In this document: positions 35,106 to 47,850 of the stretch, piece after piece | Layout of the letters: each line of letters starts with the position of its first letter | Numbering within the stretch: the stretch's first letter is position 1 | Source: Psammoneis japonica | Lineage: Eukaryota | Direction of reading: 5' to 3' | Length of the DNA stretch: 64,000 nucleotides | NCBI GenBank assembly: GCA_008632985.1 | Contig: QPGO01000073.1 | Location: forward strand, 310,001-374,000 | The notes under the pieces: model-generated | Databases searched by the model: none | What the model saw: the letters and a program-made list of their open reading frames with translations, nothing else | Told to the model about the DNA's origin: nothing | Made by a program: the position numbers and the translations under genes

Positions 35106-36540
35106 TCATGTCTCCGTCTTTGCATCTTCCAACTGCGCCATCAACTCTTCTCGATGAAGATCTCTCATGTATGGTCCAAACACGTTGACGAGGCCATCAT
35201 CTTCACCTCCACTCAGTAGTTTTGTAATACCATATTCAGATTCTTTGCATCGATGGTCCGTAACTCGATCCTGAGGAAAATTATACGTTCGTATCCGTTC
35301 ACTTCGATCGCCTCCTCCCATGAGACTACTCTTCTCCTCACCACGCAATCGCGCCTCTTCTTCACGCTGTTTTTCTCGGACTCGAGCCGTCAATAATTTG
35401 AGTGCCTTGGCTTTGTTTTTGTGTTGACTCCGTTCGTCTTGAATGGACGCCGTGACGCCCGTGGGAATATGCGTAATTCGAACCGCGCTCTCGGTCGTGT
35501 TGACATGCTGTCCACCCGCTCCGGAAGCACGCATGGTTTCAATTTTTAACTCTGCCATGGGCAAGAGCGATCCCTTGTCGATTGTACTATCCTCCGGTGG
35601 AGACGCCAAGACTGCGACAGAACAAGCGCTTGTATGGATCCGAACGTCATTGACTGGCACTCTCTGCACACGATGTACTCCACTTTCATATTTAAATAAT
35701 CCGTATGGACCAAGGTTTGCAGACGAATCCCCACCATAAGATGATCCATACGAGGAACTCGAGATAGAAATGGCGGCCTCCTTGATTCCACCGAGATCTG
35801 TCTTTGTTATATTGAGAACCTCGGATGCCAATCCTGCATCCTTGGCTGTTTTCAGGTACGCATCCAGTAACTCGCCGGCAAAGAGAGCAGCCTATCGCAT
35901 GCCAGAAAGCAAAAAAAATTATGAGAAAGTTTAAAACAGATTTATAAACACATCAACACGAAAAAAAAAGAACGATTCGTGTTACTCACCTCATCTCCTC
36001 CAGTGCCAGCGCGAATCTCGAGAATAGCATTCGATCCATCCTCTGGATCCTTGGGTAGTACGGCATCAACAAGCTTTTGTTCAATAGTTGCTCGCTCTTG
36101 TTTTATTCTTTCTATTTCTTCGTTGCATTCTGCTTGCATGGCATTGTCCGACGCTGCCTCTGCTCGGCTTGTAAATCACGAAACGATACTTCTTCGTCGT
36201 TGAGCGATTCCAATTGCTCCTGGAAGGAAGCCACGGGTGCCAGCGTCGATAGCTCTTTTCCCAAGGATGCTGCAGTGTTGCTATCCCCCGTTTCGTTATA
36301 TTTCATTATTTGATCTAGCAATTCATCGTGTCGTCCGACAAGGACCGACACGCGATGGAGTACATTGTCCGACAAGAGATGGCGTCGTTGTTGAAATTGT
36401 TGTAAAGCTCGACATGCAATTCCGACTCGTATTCGTTCGCTTTTTGAAACAAACAACGTGTTCCGGTACGCAAGCCAATCATGGCACAGCAATTTTGGTA
36501 TCCAACGTCAACAGCAGCAGGAGAATGGATGAAACGCATG
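35106..36540 (-). CDS. prfA: Peptide chain release factor 1 (organellar); intron 35989-35892, one frameshift near 36150
   Basis: [50 protein letters not shown] and [20 protein letters not shown]. Start uncertain. Confidence 0.93.
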
Positions 36541-36892
36541 CTTTGTATCTTGCTTTCTCATCGCATTTCGCTCATTTTTTGCATGTTTCGATGCGCGTGT
36601 TTTCGCGTGTTTTGCTGGTCAGAAGAAGCGTTGACGACATGTTGACGTCATGAAGGGCTTAAATCTTGTTGACAAATCCTTTCCATCAAAACGGAATATA
36701 AAACATAACTTCCGTTGACATTTCAAAATGTCGTGTGTTCGGGAACACGACAAAAAGCGAAGCTGAACCAAATCCCGCACACAAAACCGGTTTCAGCTCC
36801 CCACTTTCAACACATATTCGCAAATCTCGAAGATCCAAGTCCACCGAGAAGCTCATTTTCCTGTGCAAGTTCTATTCTGATACAAAATCATC

Positions 36893-38227
36893 ATGCAGAG
36901 AAGGCACAGCGGTAATCCAGCAGTATCTACCTTGCCGGTGACGGTAACGTGCGATGGCACTCCAACCAACTCGTCGGCCGCCAATCGCAAGATGGATCCT
37001 CCCAGTGAATGTAGTCCAAATGGATATCATCATCGAAAGAGCCCTACAAGTTTTCATCGAAAACTTGTCAACAGCAATTCGTCCTCCCAGAGCATGTCTT
37101 CGTTTCGAAAGGGAGCAGGAGCGACAACGCCATTACAAAAAGTTGCCGTTGTACTGCTCATGGCGGTCATGTTTTTCGCCGGGCAACACGTAAATAAAAA
37201 TCAAATGCAATCACAAGTAGCGACTGTCGTAGAGGAGCGGGACCGATTGGAGTCCAATGAGCGGAGGCTGCTTCATGAGTTGGACGAGGCTCATCAAAAA
37301 CAAGTGGATTCGACCGAGGAAGAACACGAGCTACAACAAGCCATTGACCAATTACAAGAAGAAAAAAGCGAACTCCAAGCCTTGTTGGATGCTCAGATTG
37401 ATACTATTAGAAAGAAGTCGCATCAAGAAGACAGTCACGAAGTTCCAAACCCGACAAGAGAAGAGGTTAAATCCTTGAAAGCTAGCATTCAGAAAATATC
37501 CCGGGAACAAGCGATCGAACAGTACGTGTTTGCTTTTGAATGTTACCGATATCTTCGTTTCGTTTTCATTGTTCTCATTGATCATTTTTCATTTCGATAC
37601 CATTATTGTTTATCTCTCGACTTTAGTTTCGGTTCAGGACCGCATTATGTAGAATTCGAGGTTGCACTTCCAAAAGCTAGCGACAAGAGCACCATGGAAC
37701 CCGCATACTTTACCTTGGAAATGGCTTCGCTTAGTCACATGCCGACAACTGTCAATATGTTTTTACGAGCCGCAAAGAAAGGGTTGTGGGACACGGGTCA
37801 CTTTGCACAGAATGCTCATCACGTGGTAATGGGAGAACCCGCCGACATGGGCAAATTTATTCGAGAGGGCGTGGCACACCTGCCCTTTCGCGAATACTCT
37901 CCCAACGTTCCACATGAACCCTATACCATTGGTCTTGCTGGAAACCCACCTGGACCAGCATTTTACATAAACAAGATTGACAATACGAATTCTCATGGTG
38001 CCAACGCTGCAACGGGTTCCGAGGGTGAGCCCTGTTTTGGTCGTGTCATTATCGGCAAGGAAACCATTGACCGAATGGTGCAACAACCGAATCAAGAGCA
38101 ACATGAAAACGCATTCGTTGACCCAATACAAATCAAGGCAGCTCGTATTATAGGTCTCCATGAGGCTCATGGGGGTGAAGAGTTCTTCAAGATGCACGCC
38201 AGCACCGATCCTTCATCCGACGAGTGA
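36893..38227 (+). CDS. Type II membrane protein: TM, coiled coil and cyclophilin-like domain; probable intron ~37522-37626
   Basis: TM VAVVLLMAVMFFAG and a heptad-rich region. HEPYTIGLAG..GPAFYINKIDNT..HG..EPCFGRVIIG resembles the cyclophilin-like fold. Confidence 0.7.
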   Translation: MQRRHSGNPAVSTLPVTVTCDGTPTNSSAANRKMDPPSECSPNGYHHRKSPTSFHRKLVNSNSSSQSMSSFRKGAGATTPLQKVAVVLLMAVMFFAGQHVNKNQMQSQVATVVEERDRLESNERRLLHELDEAHQKQVDSTEEEHELQQAIDQLQEEKSELQALLDAQIDTIRKKSHQEDSHEVPNPTREEVKSLKASIQKISREQAIEQYVFAFECYRYLRFVFIVLIDHFSFRYHYCLSLDFSFGSGPHYVEFEVALPKASDKSTMEPAYFTLEMASLSHMPTTVNMFLRAAKKGLWDTGHFAQNAHHVVMGEPADMGKFIREGVAHLPFREYSPNVPHEPYTIGLAGNPPGPAFYINKIDNTNSHGANAATGSEGEPCFGRVIIGKETIDRMVQQPNQEQHENAFVDPIQIKAARIIGLHEAHGGEEFFKMHASTDPSSDE

Positions 38228-38586
38228 GTGATAGTGATCTTCCTTGACGGGGCTAGTTTCTTTCGCATTAAAAGCTAGTAAATCCTTCTTCTTATACGTT
38301 TTGCTTTCATTATCTCCTCTTTCCCAATAAGCATCTAAAATGCAGTTACGGTAGCTACAAGACATGGGATAGCACTCGAGACGCTTTGAATGCAGCTGTA
38401 CGATTCAATCGACTGACTCATCCAACTCTCTTTTTTCGGGTTCCTGAGTGACGTGTCGGAGGGAGTTTTGCGAGTTTGAAATTCTCTCGCTGTTTGTCCA
38501 TGGAAATGCTTTTTAACGATGCCGATGTAGCGGTGAGACAACTGCGGTTCATACACACCCGTATTCTTGCTCTCCTCGTTTGCGAA

Positions 38587-39887
38587 ATGAGGTTTTCCAT
38601 CAATTGGAACAGCCAAGTGTGCCGTATCACATCGTTCTGGGCTATTGCGTTGGTTGGAACAAAAAATACACGAGTCTGCAAGGCTTTCGTTCCTCCCGCT
38701 TGCCGTCATTCAAGCCTTTTACAACAACAGCAGCAGCAGCTCTCCATGACGACGGCCATCACAACAACCGACTCTGATACTGTTCAAGACATTCGTCACG
38801 TTGATGGAATTCGACACATTGCCAATGATTTTGATATTTTCCTCTTGGACATGTGGGGAGTGATGCACGATGGCTCCAAACCGTACGACGGTGTTTTGGA
38901 TTCGATTCAACGTCTCAAGGACTTGAAAAAGACCATGATGATTCTATCCAACTCTAGTAAACGACAGGACAACTCGGTGCGCATGTTGAAAAAGCTTGGC
39001 TTTAATCCAGACGATTTTGATCAAATCATTACATCAGGAGAGGTGAGATTCAATTCAGTATCTAGATTGGAAAAAGGTCGTCATGTATCTGAAGCAACCA
39101 CAATGCCATTTCTAATTCGTCTTTATATTCCTGCGTCGGGACCTTTCTATTGCTTTAGTTATCCTATCGAATGTTATCACATGACGAAACTTTGGAATGT
39201 GAGCCCTGGTCAGTGCTGGAAGACATGAAACAGCAGTCTAATAAAAAGGTGTTTTGCCTCGGTTCTGGCAGCCAAGATGTCGAGTATTGTGAATCTTGTG
39301 GATGGACCATGGCACCCGTGGAAGACGCCGACTTGGTTGTGGCGCGTGGAACTTTTACCATTGTCGATTCGGAACAAATGATTCACAAGGAACAGGGTGA
39401 AGATGAATACTTTCGAGTCTTGGACGAGAGTTTAAAGGTGGCAGCCAAACGCCAGCTTCCGCTCTTTGTGACAAACCCGGACAAGGTACGACCCGACGAG
39501 GGTCTTCCTCCCATGCCCGGAGCAATCGGTGACGCGTACGAAGCAATATTAGGTGACAAACAGGGACGAGAGCTCGTCAAACGAGTAGGAAAACCATTTC
39601 GAGATGTCTACGATTTGGCTCTAGCTGGTAAAGAGGTGGACATGTCGAGAGTATGCATGATTGGCGATGCGCTCGAGACGGACGTGATGGGCGCATCGAA
39701 AATTGGTTGCACGTCCGTCTGGGTAGTCAACGACGGCATTCATAGTGCGGATATCGCAGAAAAAGCAAATGGTAAACTCGAAGTGGGAACTGCCGCGATT
39801 CTGGAGGAGTTTAATGAAAAGGAGGGGACCTATGCCAAGGATAGAAGACTCATGCCCGATATCTGCGTACCCCACTTTCGGTGGTAG
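38587..39887 (+). CDS. HAD-superfamily subfamily IIA hydrolase, likely plastid-targeted; intron 39043-39158
   Basis: FLLDMWGVMHDG, LSNSS, IITSGE|L, TNPD, VGKP and MIGDALETDV. Presequence with KA-FVP cleavage motif (ASAFAP-like). Confidence 0.92.
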
Positions 39888-40716
39888 ACGTTTGGTACTG
39901 AATCGCATCACTATTATTTGGACGAGGCCGTCAATGACCCTGTTGCTCTCTTTCACTTGTAAGATGTATTGTAACAAGCAGCGCTCCTCCGACAACCTCT
40001 TTTTTCTCGACAAATTCTGTTTGATCTCAACGAAAACGAATCGTAGATCGTGAGCACGCCTTTTTAAATATTAGCATAACTCCACTTCAATAACGGGAGC
40101 TACTTTCCGATACATGCTGTATGGACACCCCCAAAAGGACATTGACTTAGTTGGGAAAACATCCTATTCGTTTCGAGCCTGAGCATCCTGAAAAATTTTA
40201 AGAAGTGCTTCTTGGATCCTGAATTCAAGTAAAACACAGGAGCAAAAGTGTTATCGACATTGTAAGCGGTCGGATCTTTCAAATGGGAAGCTTATAATGC
40301 GTAGCTAAACGAGCTCTATCGAACAAAACAAGTTTCGATCTTCAGCGCAATGACTGGTTTGGATTCTACTGTAGCTGCGCTGCTCATTTCATAAAGTTGC
40401 ATCATTGTAGGCGCCATTTAGCATTGCTAGAGTCCTTAAAACCCCAGTTTGTCGTGGATGAGGTGCTTTCCTTGGAGGAATAGAGTGAGGAATAAGAGTG
40501 GCAGTGAATGAAACACCATTTATAATTGAGCTTAAGTCTAGTGTAGAAGTACCGTGCTCTATTACAGACTGTTCTGCTTTGAAATCTAATGTTTTTCCAT
40601 GAGAAACAAACCAATGCCACTCGAAGAACAACGTGGTATCTTTCTGTAGTGGAAAGAAAAATAAACCATCGGAAGGCAGGAACAAATCAGTAGGACCTTT
40701 TGCGTTTTCTTGGATT

Positions 40717-41472
40717 CTACTCTTGTTGTAAGTAGCCAAACAAGTCGGGTTTCGTTTGAAGCAGAGAAAATAGCAAACTTAGCCTACCCGGGGCTTTCTT
40801 GTGTCCAACTGTTGCAAACGCTTGTGCCCATAAACCAGGATGGGCGTTGTCGGCAGCCAACAACCGTTTCGCATGAGCTTCCATCAAGAACAACCTTACG
40901 GGTTCACAGGCTCTTCCGATTGCACAATTAATCGGCATGCGCCCCTTGTTGTCACTAGCATTCAAATTTGCGCCTTGTTCAATCAGCACACGTGCCACAT
41001 TTACATGCATGCCGATGCATGCGTTGTGCAGCGGGGTTCGTCCATCTCTGTTCACTGCGTTCAAATCAGCACCATTTTGTATGAAGAACTCTACAAGAGA
41101 TTCGTTCCCTACCATGGCAGCTTTATGCAGAGGCGTGGAGCCCCAGTCATCTCTAGAATCCACTTCAGCCCCGTGCGATAACAGCAATTGTGCTTTGGAT
41201 GCGGGTCTGCGCACGGGAAGGGAGCAACAAGCAATTTTATGCAGCGGCGTAAAACCCCACTGTGTCGAAACCTGATTCACATCAGCACCGCATTCCAGAA
41301 TTAGCTCTAACATGGCGTCTTCTCGGACTCTGAGAGCTAAAAATATTGGAGATTCTCGCAAGCCACGTCCTGACAGCGTTGCGTTCACGTCCTGTCCTGC
41401 ATCAAGGATGCTTCGAGCTTGATCCACCTCTCCCCCTTGAATGGCATTAAAAAAAGCATCAGAACTAGCCAT
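40717..41472 (-). CDS. Ankyrin-repeat protein, copy 1
   Basis: MASSDAFF... with repeats GFTPLH, GSTPLHKAA and GRTPLHNAC; open frame. Confidence 0.92.
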   Translation of the reverse strand: MASSDAFFNAIQGGEVDQARSILDAGQDVNATLSGRGLRESPIFLALRVREDAMLELILECGADVNQVSTQWGFTPLHKIACCSLPVRRPASKAQLLLSHGAEVDSRDDWGSTPLHKAAMVGNESLVEFFIQNGADLNAVNRDGRTPLHNACIGMHVNVARVLIEQGANLNASDNKGRMPINCAIGRACEPVRLFLMEAHAKRLLAADNAHPGLWAQAFATVGHKKAPGRLSLLFSLLQTKPDLFGYLQQE

Positions 41473-41959
41473 GATTGTCAGTTGATTCCAATTCTCACAA
41501 TCCGTTCTGTCGCAATGAGAACAGAGCCAGACCACAGCAATGCATGACTGGGTGACTAAAAAGCTCTCATTGCAGGCGGCAGTAGAAGGTGGAAGATGTC
41601 GGAACGGGCGGGGGGACACATGTGCAGGGTATTTCGCGCCTTCCAACGAACGTCTGTCCAACTTGCATCTACAACATGTACAGACTCATGAGCCGACATG
41701 CTGGCGTCAGATTATGAGAGGGGCCGATCGTTTCTTTATCCTTTGCCCCCGGATCCAAACTGGAAAACCAGATGCGCGATCTTTTTGCCGCGACGCGCAC
41801 GGCGGCGACACGGGGAAACAATAAAACGGGATTGTAGTGCCGGTAGAAGCATGTCGTGGGTTTCGCTCTCTAGGGCCCTAGGGCTAGAGTGCTCTAGCTG
41901 GCTGCTGGTAGAGTAGAGAGCAGCTCTGCCAGCTAGCTGCTGCAGTCTACCGGCATGAT

Positions 41960-43700
41960 GCGACATGCCAGAATGCCTTGTGGAGCATGCAGTGGCGCGT
42001 CGCATGTCTGAGACACGCACACCAACTTTCGCGTGCTGTGTGCAGCGTGGCGTCTTGGGCTCACGTGTTTTTCTGGTGCTGGCACACGGCAATTAAATTC
42101 CCCAACAAACAATGCTGCAGTGAGTGATGACAGTGCCTCATGCAACAACACAACAAAAACACAAAAGACAACACCACATTGCTGCCTGGCATGCTGTGGC
42201 TGTTCTTTTTGACGACTCGCCATGTCTTCCCAGTCATCAATGGCCACGTTCTTTCACCAAAAAAGCATTGCTCCAAAGCAATCACAGCCACTGCCACCAT
42301 CTTCTGCAACTCCATTGGATGTGACACCAGCGCTGAAAGTGGAGAAAGAGCTCACCCTGCTCAAGCATGACCAAGAAAACTGAGATGGAGTGCGACAAGT
42401 TGACTCGCATGACAAAGGCGTGCTGATCAATTTCTTCTTTTTCCTTGTGGTGTTGCCATGGCAATGGACTGTGTGCTCATCTGGAGCATGCCTGCCATGC
42501 CAGTTTGAAGTTGTTCGAGGGCCGGGACTCACAGAGCCACTTGAACAAGCTCTTTTGTCATGACAGATTTTCCACTTGATCTTGACAAAAATGATCTCAG
42601 ATCGCAAGCATGCCATTTTAAACATCTTGCTGTTGCTGCTTTCCAATGTTTGTGGCATCCCTGACTCTGGAGAATGATGTCCTCAGGGGAAAGCACATGA
42701 CCAAATCGACCTCACACCTGTTGTTTTCCAAGATTCATGAAATGTGATGGCTGACCCACCAGTCTTGGCTTGTGCTTTGAAGCAAGGAAAAAACAGCTCA
42801 AAAACAAAAAGCATTTTTGTGGGCAAATGTGGTGCACACTGATGACAAGCCCCACTCAATTTCTGAGCATCATTTGCACTGCAGCGGTGGTGTGCTGCTG
42901 GTGCAACACACAGCCAAAACGAGCAGCGGGCATGCAAGTCAGTCAAAGCAATGCAAAGGCATGGTTGCCTTGCTCCTGTTGCATTTTCAAGCATCTTTTT
43001 CCTTGTGTTGTGCTGAGCTGCCCATGATGGTGTGTGTCTGGCAGGTGGCAGCTCTCTGCAAAAAGAAAGAAAGAGGGGAGGCAAGAAGTGAGCTGCAGAA
43101 ATGACCTGTGGCATGGCTGGCTGCAGAAGACAGTGCATTTGCCTGCTGCTGCTGCTCTGTTGTGTGCTGCCAACAGGGGATTTGAATTGCAGCAGAGTCG
43201 GCCATGACAGTTTTGCATTTTTGGTGTGCCATGATTCGTGCAGTGTGCTGTTTGGGCGAGACTTGAGACGTGCAGCAGAGAGAGCCCAACTCTCTGTGGC
43301 AAACAAGAGATTTCATCTTTGTGCAATTTTCTGCTGCAGCTGGCACCAACCAGAACTAGGTGATGTTTTGGTTGATTCTGTGATTGAGTTCTGGCAGAAC
43401 ACCTGCATCTGTCTGGTGTGTTTTGCTGCCCACTGGCAGCCCAGTGACCCACTCAGCACAAAAGAGCCTGCCAGAGCAGCGCTGGCTCCTGACCCCAACT
43501 TTTTCAACTGACACACCTTGAGTGCTGCAACTTTCAAATCTTTGAAAAACTCAAATCACTCACTCAAGACATGTGCCATGTCACCCACCAACAGGTCACC
43601 CGACAGCAGGTCACTTGCCAGTGGGCATCTGACTTTGTGTCTCCTGCTGTGTGCAGAGCAGCAAGCGCCCACCAAAGACCGAGTGGTGGGTTTTTAAAAG
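41960..43700. mobile_element. TA-depleted degenerate repeat block
   Basis: Abrupt loss of TA and most CG; spurious C/H-rich ORFs; no family assigned. Confidence 0.55.
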
Positions 43701-44799
43701 TAAATGCCAACAATGTTAATTTTGAAATCTGTGGGGAAAAAAGTTGTTCACCTGTTTGAACAAAACGTGTGCCACAGTTTCGATCGGCGGAGAGAGATAG
43801 ACGACACACGCAACGGCACAGCACCTGCTGTAGGCTGTAGGGCCCTAAAAAATCGCATCGCTCGAAAATACGAGCGATCTTGTCGTCGTCCGACGCTCTA
43901 CCGAAAAAATAAAGAAGCAGAAGAGACACAAAACTCCATCACCATGATGAATGATGGCGGCGTCTCCATCCATCACGTCGCTGGCTGCAAAGTCTGCTTC
44001 CAATTCTCTGAAACGAGCATGTGTATGTTTGATGACGGAAACATTAAGTGAATGCTCCTGGAAAAACTGCTACAGCCAAGCAAGCGGGTCGATTAGTGGC
44101 GTTCAACCAAGCAACAAAAATACCAGAGACAGTTAGTAGGAAATGTTGCAGGCGATGGAGTTTTGGCTTTGCCAAACAATGCGAAGCAACATACAAAGAC
44201 CGGTGCATCTGCTGCCTGCTGATGGAGGTATTCTCGTTGTAAGTAACACACCGTACTTTTCTTATTTCTGTGATGTTTGATTCAGCTCATTTGCAGCCAG
44301 GCGTTCTTACAATCTCCTCTTTACTCGTGTTCTTCCTCAGAAATCCAACACTCGTGTCAAACTAGCAGCTACTACATGACACACGCAGTGAACACTTGCG
44401 ACAGTGCGTTCGTCTCACTCGGGTTCGTTCGGTTGCCTTTGATCCCACAAACGAAATGTTTGCCACGAGTGGAGCCGTTCGAGTCATTAGAATTTGGGAC
44501 TTTCCGATAGCTAGTAGTGCTGGTGCTTGAGACGCTTTGAAAATTACATTGATTGGACATGCTTGTTCTAAGAACAACAGGGGATGGCTAGATGGTGGCA
44601 TTCATCCGTCGTTTCCCTGTTTGACTGTGTTTCTCAGCCGCAGCAGATCCCTTACTACCGTTTTTGAAGTTATGATTTGGCTTTCCTCCATCCTTTGTTG
44701 AAACCGTTATCTCTTTGCCGGTGGGAGTGCGCTGAGGTCGGGCTCGAGCTCCTAACGACACCGACCGAAATTTCTTTGCTGCTCTTCTTCTCAGGTAAC

Positions 44800-44915
44800 C
44801 GTGATTGCCGGTGCGCTCGAGACGGACGTTCCGGGCGCATCGAAAAGTGGTTGCACGTCAGTCTGTGTAGTCAACGAAGGCATTCATCGTGCAAACATTG
44901 GAGAAAAAGCAAAAA
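44800..44915 (+). pseudogene. Duplicated fragment of the HAD gene 3' exon (39657-39770)
   Basis: GCGCTCGAGACGGACGT..GGGCGCATCGAAAA.TGGTTGCACGTC..GTAGTCAACGA.GGCATTCAT is shared with 39669-39743. Confidence 0.85.
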
Positions 44916-45656
44916 CAAGTTGGGTTTCGCTTGAAGCAGAGAAAATAGCAAACTTAGACTACCCGGGGTTTTCTTGTGTCCTACCGTTGCAAACGCTTGT
45001 GCCCATAAACAAGGATGGGCGTCGTCAACAGCCAACAACCGTCTCGCATGTGCTTCCATCAAGAGAAACCTCGCGGATTCGTGGGCCTCTCCGATTGTAT
45101 AGTGCATCGGAATGCGCCCCGATCTGTCACTAGCGTTCAAATTTGCGCCTCGTTCAATCAGCAAGCGTTCGACATTTTCATTGTTGCCGATGCATGCGTT
45201 GTGCAGCGGGGTCTGTCCCGCTCTGTCCACTGCGTTCAAATCAGCACCATTTCGTATTAAGACCTCGACAACAGCGTCGTTCCCATTCAAGGCAGCTTTG
45301 TGCAGAGGCGTGGAGCCGCTGTTGTCTCTAGCATCCACTTCAGCACCATGCGACAGCAGCAATTGTGCTTTCGATGCGGGGTTACGAGCGGGAATGGAGC
45401 AACAAGCAATTTTGTGCAGCGGCGTAAAACCCGAATATGTCGAAACCTGGTTCACATTAGCACCGTATTCCAGGAGGAGCTCTAACATGTCGTCTTCTCG
45501 GACTCTAAGAGCTAAAAAGATTGGAGTTTTTAGAAACCCACCCAACCCCATTCGCGTTGCGTTCACGTCCTGTCCTGCTTCAAGGTTGCTTCGAACTCGA
45601 TCCACCTCTCCCCGTTGAACGGCATTAAAAAAATGATCATAACTGCTTCTAGCCAT
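44871..45656 (-). CDS. Ankyrin-repeat protein, copy 2 (C-terminus from antisense HAD fragment)
   Basis: Intact 261-aa ORF, closely similar to copy 1. Confidence 0.92.
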   Translation of the reverse strand: MARSSYDHFFNAVQRGEVDRVRSNLEAGQDVNATRMGLGGFLKTPIFLALRVREDDMLELLLEYGANVNQVSTYSGFTPLHKIACCSIPARNPASKAQLLLSHGAEVDARDNSGSTPLHKAALNGNDAVVEVLIRNGADLNAVDRAGQTPLHNACIGNNENVERLLIERGANLNASDRSGRIPMHYTIGEAHESARFLLMEAHARRLLAVDDAHPCLWAQAFATVGHKKTPGSLSLLFSLLQAKPNLFLLFLQCLHDECLR

Positions 45657-47249
45657 GATGGTGTCAGTTGACTCTAATTCTCACAATGCGTTCTGTTGCG
45701 ATGAGAAATGAGAACAGAGCGTGCACCACAACAATGCGATAAAGTGCACCGTGCGCCGCAGCAGAGTGTGGTCGGCGCGGCAATCGCAATCGGCGGCAAC
45801 AGTGAGGTGAAGTTGCATGTCTGCGCACGACTTGTTTTTGCGCGACTTCGGCCGGCTTTGAAGTCGCAAGCATGGTGTTCTGCTGATGTGAGTGCAGGGC
45901 AGTGATGCGGCAGAGGGCCCCACGATGTCGATGGGCCATGAGATGAAACTGGCTCCATGATGGCAGAGAAAAAAACAACCTGCGACTTCACCAGTGCTCT
46001 TGATGCTCCAGTGGTGCCTCCAGATGAACTTGGTGTTGGGGAGATTGTGAAAACTCTCCACCAACTGGGCATGCCACCAGAGAGGGGGGTTTGAGTTGCT
46101 GGTTGCACGGTGTTTGTGTGGGTGAAACCCTCTGTGCGCAACAACACTGACAGAGGGGGAGGTCCCAATTGTCCCAAAAGAGGCTGGTTTTGAGCCAATG
46201 CCAGGAAAGAGGCACCTCCTGTCAGACCCAAAAAAGAGGTCAATCAAGAGCTCTGTTGTCGACAGATCCCTTGGCCCCAGCTGGAGTGCAAAGTGCCCAC
46301 TTGCCAGCGCCAAAGGGCAAGAGTGATCAAAAGTGAGAGGTGATTTTCAACTTGTTCTGTGATCCTGTTGAAGAACCAGACAGGGGCCATTTTCTGCCAG
46401 AATCAGAGGAAGCAAAAAATTTGCAATGGGCGCGAAGCAAATCATCTCCACAGAGCTCGTGTTTTGGCCGAGAAGCATGGCCCAAAGGGGGCAAAAGAAG
46501 CTGAGAAAGATGCAACAGGATGCAAGGTTCTGGCGAAAACTCTCAACAAAGCAAGGCTTTCAACACAGAGGTGGGAAAGAAAGAGGAGGCTCAAGAGGAG
46601 TGCAGCAAAGCAGCAAGTGAGAAAAGTGACAAAAGAGAGGTCTGAGTCAGAGCTTGGCCTCACACCCCCAGCTCAACTCAATGGAGGCAAGCACTCAGCC
46701 CAGAGCTGCAATGTTGAGCCAACTGTGGTTGCAACTGTTGGGCTGTTAGGATGGATCAACAAGTGGAGACAGTTGGTCAAGGGCTTTTGTGATGAGTTCG
46801 GGGGGTGGTGCCCAGAAAGGGGCTGAGCCCTTGTTTTCAAATCTGTCAAGCAGGCTGAACAATGGCCCTTGGCTCCCCTGAGCTGCAAGCATCCAAGAAG
46901 CCCAAACTGGGCACTGCTGTTCAATGGGTGCTTGGGGTTTGAGGCCATTGTGCTGCATGGACTCCCCTGAAAAGACACTGGCTTGACCTGGGAAAATGTC
47001 CCACTCTCACTTTGTGCCTGAGCATGCTGAGAATTAAACCCATTCTTGGCTCTAGAACTCAATTGAAAGTTGGATCAATGGTGCTGTGGATGTTGCATGA
47101 GGTCAGGTTTTTCACATGGGACAAGCTTGGAGTGCATGGCAAAATGAACTCCATCAAGCAAACAACAAAGGGGACTCTCCAGAAACAGCAAACCAAAAAG
47201 TTTCAACATCTTGAGCCAAATTATTTGTTTCATGAAGTTGCAACATGGC

Positions 47250-47850
47250 ACACTCCATTTGGTGTTGCTCAAGGCCTTTTAAAATCAACAGTTTGTTGTG
47301 GAGGAGGTGCTCTGCTCTGTGTTGCAGACCAGCCCCCTTTTAAGAACAAGAGTGGCAGTGAACACAGCACCATTTGTGATGAATTTTAGTCTGGCACACA
47401 AGCAGATCATTTTTTGCATGCTCTGACACAGAAACAAAGCAGTGCCACTCAAAGAACAACATGTTGCTGTCTTTCTGCAGTTGAAAGGAGAACAACAAAC
47501 ATGGGAAGAAAGGAACAAACAATCAATCGGACCTCTTGGGACATCTTGGATTCCACTTTTGTTGTAAGTGGTCAAACAAATTGGGTGCTGTTGAAGCAGA
47601 GAAAACAGCAAACTTGGTTTTTTCAGTTTTTTTTTGTGCCCCACTTTTGCAAATGCTTGTGCCCAAATGCCAGGACAGGTGTTGTCAACAACAACAGCCA
47701 ACAAATGTTTTGTGTTGGCTTTCATCAATGCCAAACTCATGGGTTTGGAGGCCATGTTGATTGCAAAATCAGTTGGAGTGTGCCCCCTGTTGCCACTTGC
47801 ACTCAAATTTGCAGCTCATCTAATCAGCGCATGTGCCACATTTTCATGAC
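47250..47850 (-). pseudogene. Ankyrin gene copy 3: heavily mutated 3' half plus downstream flank
   Basis: GIWAQAFAKVGHKKK..SLLFSLLQQHP. The flank aligns to 40410-40710 and 54450-54740. Confidence 0.85.
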
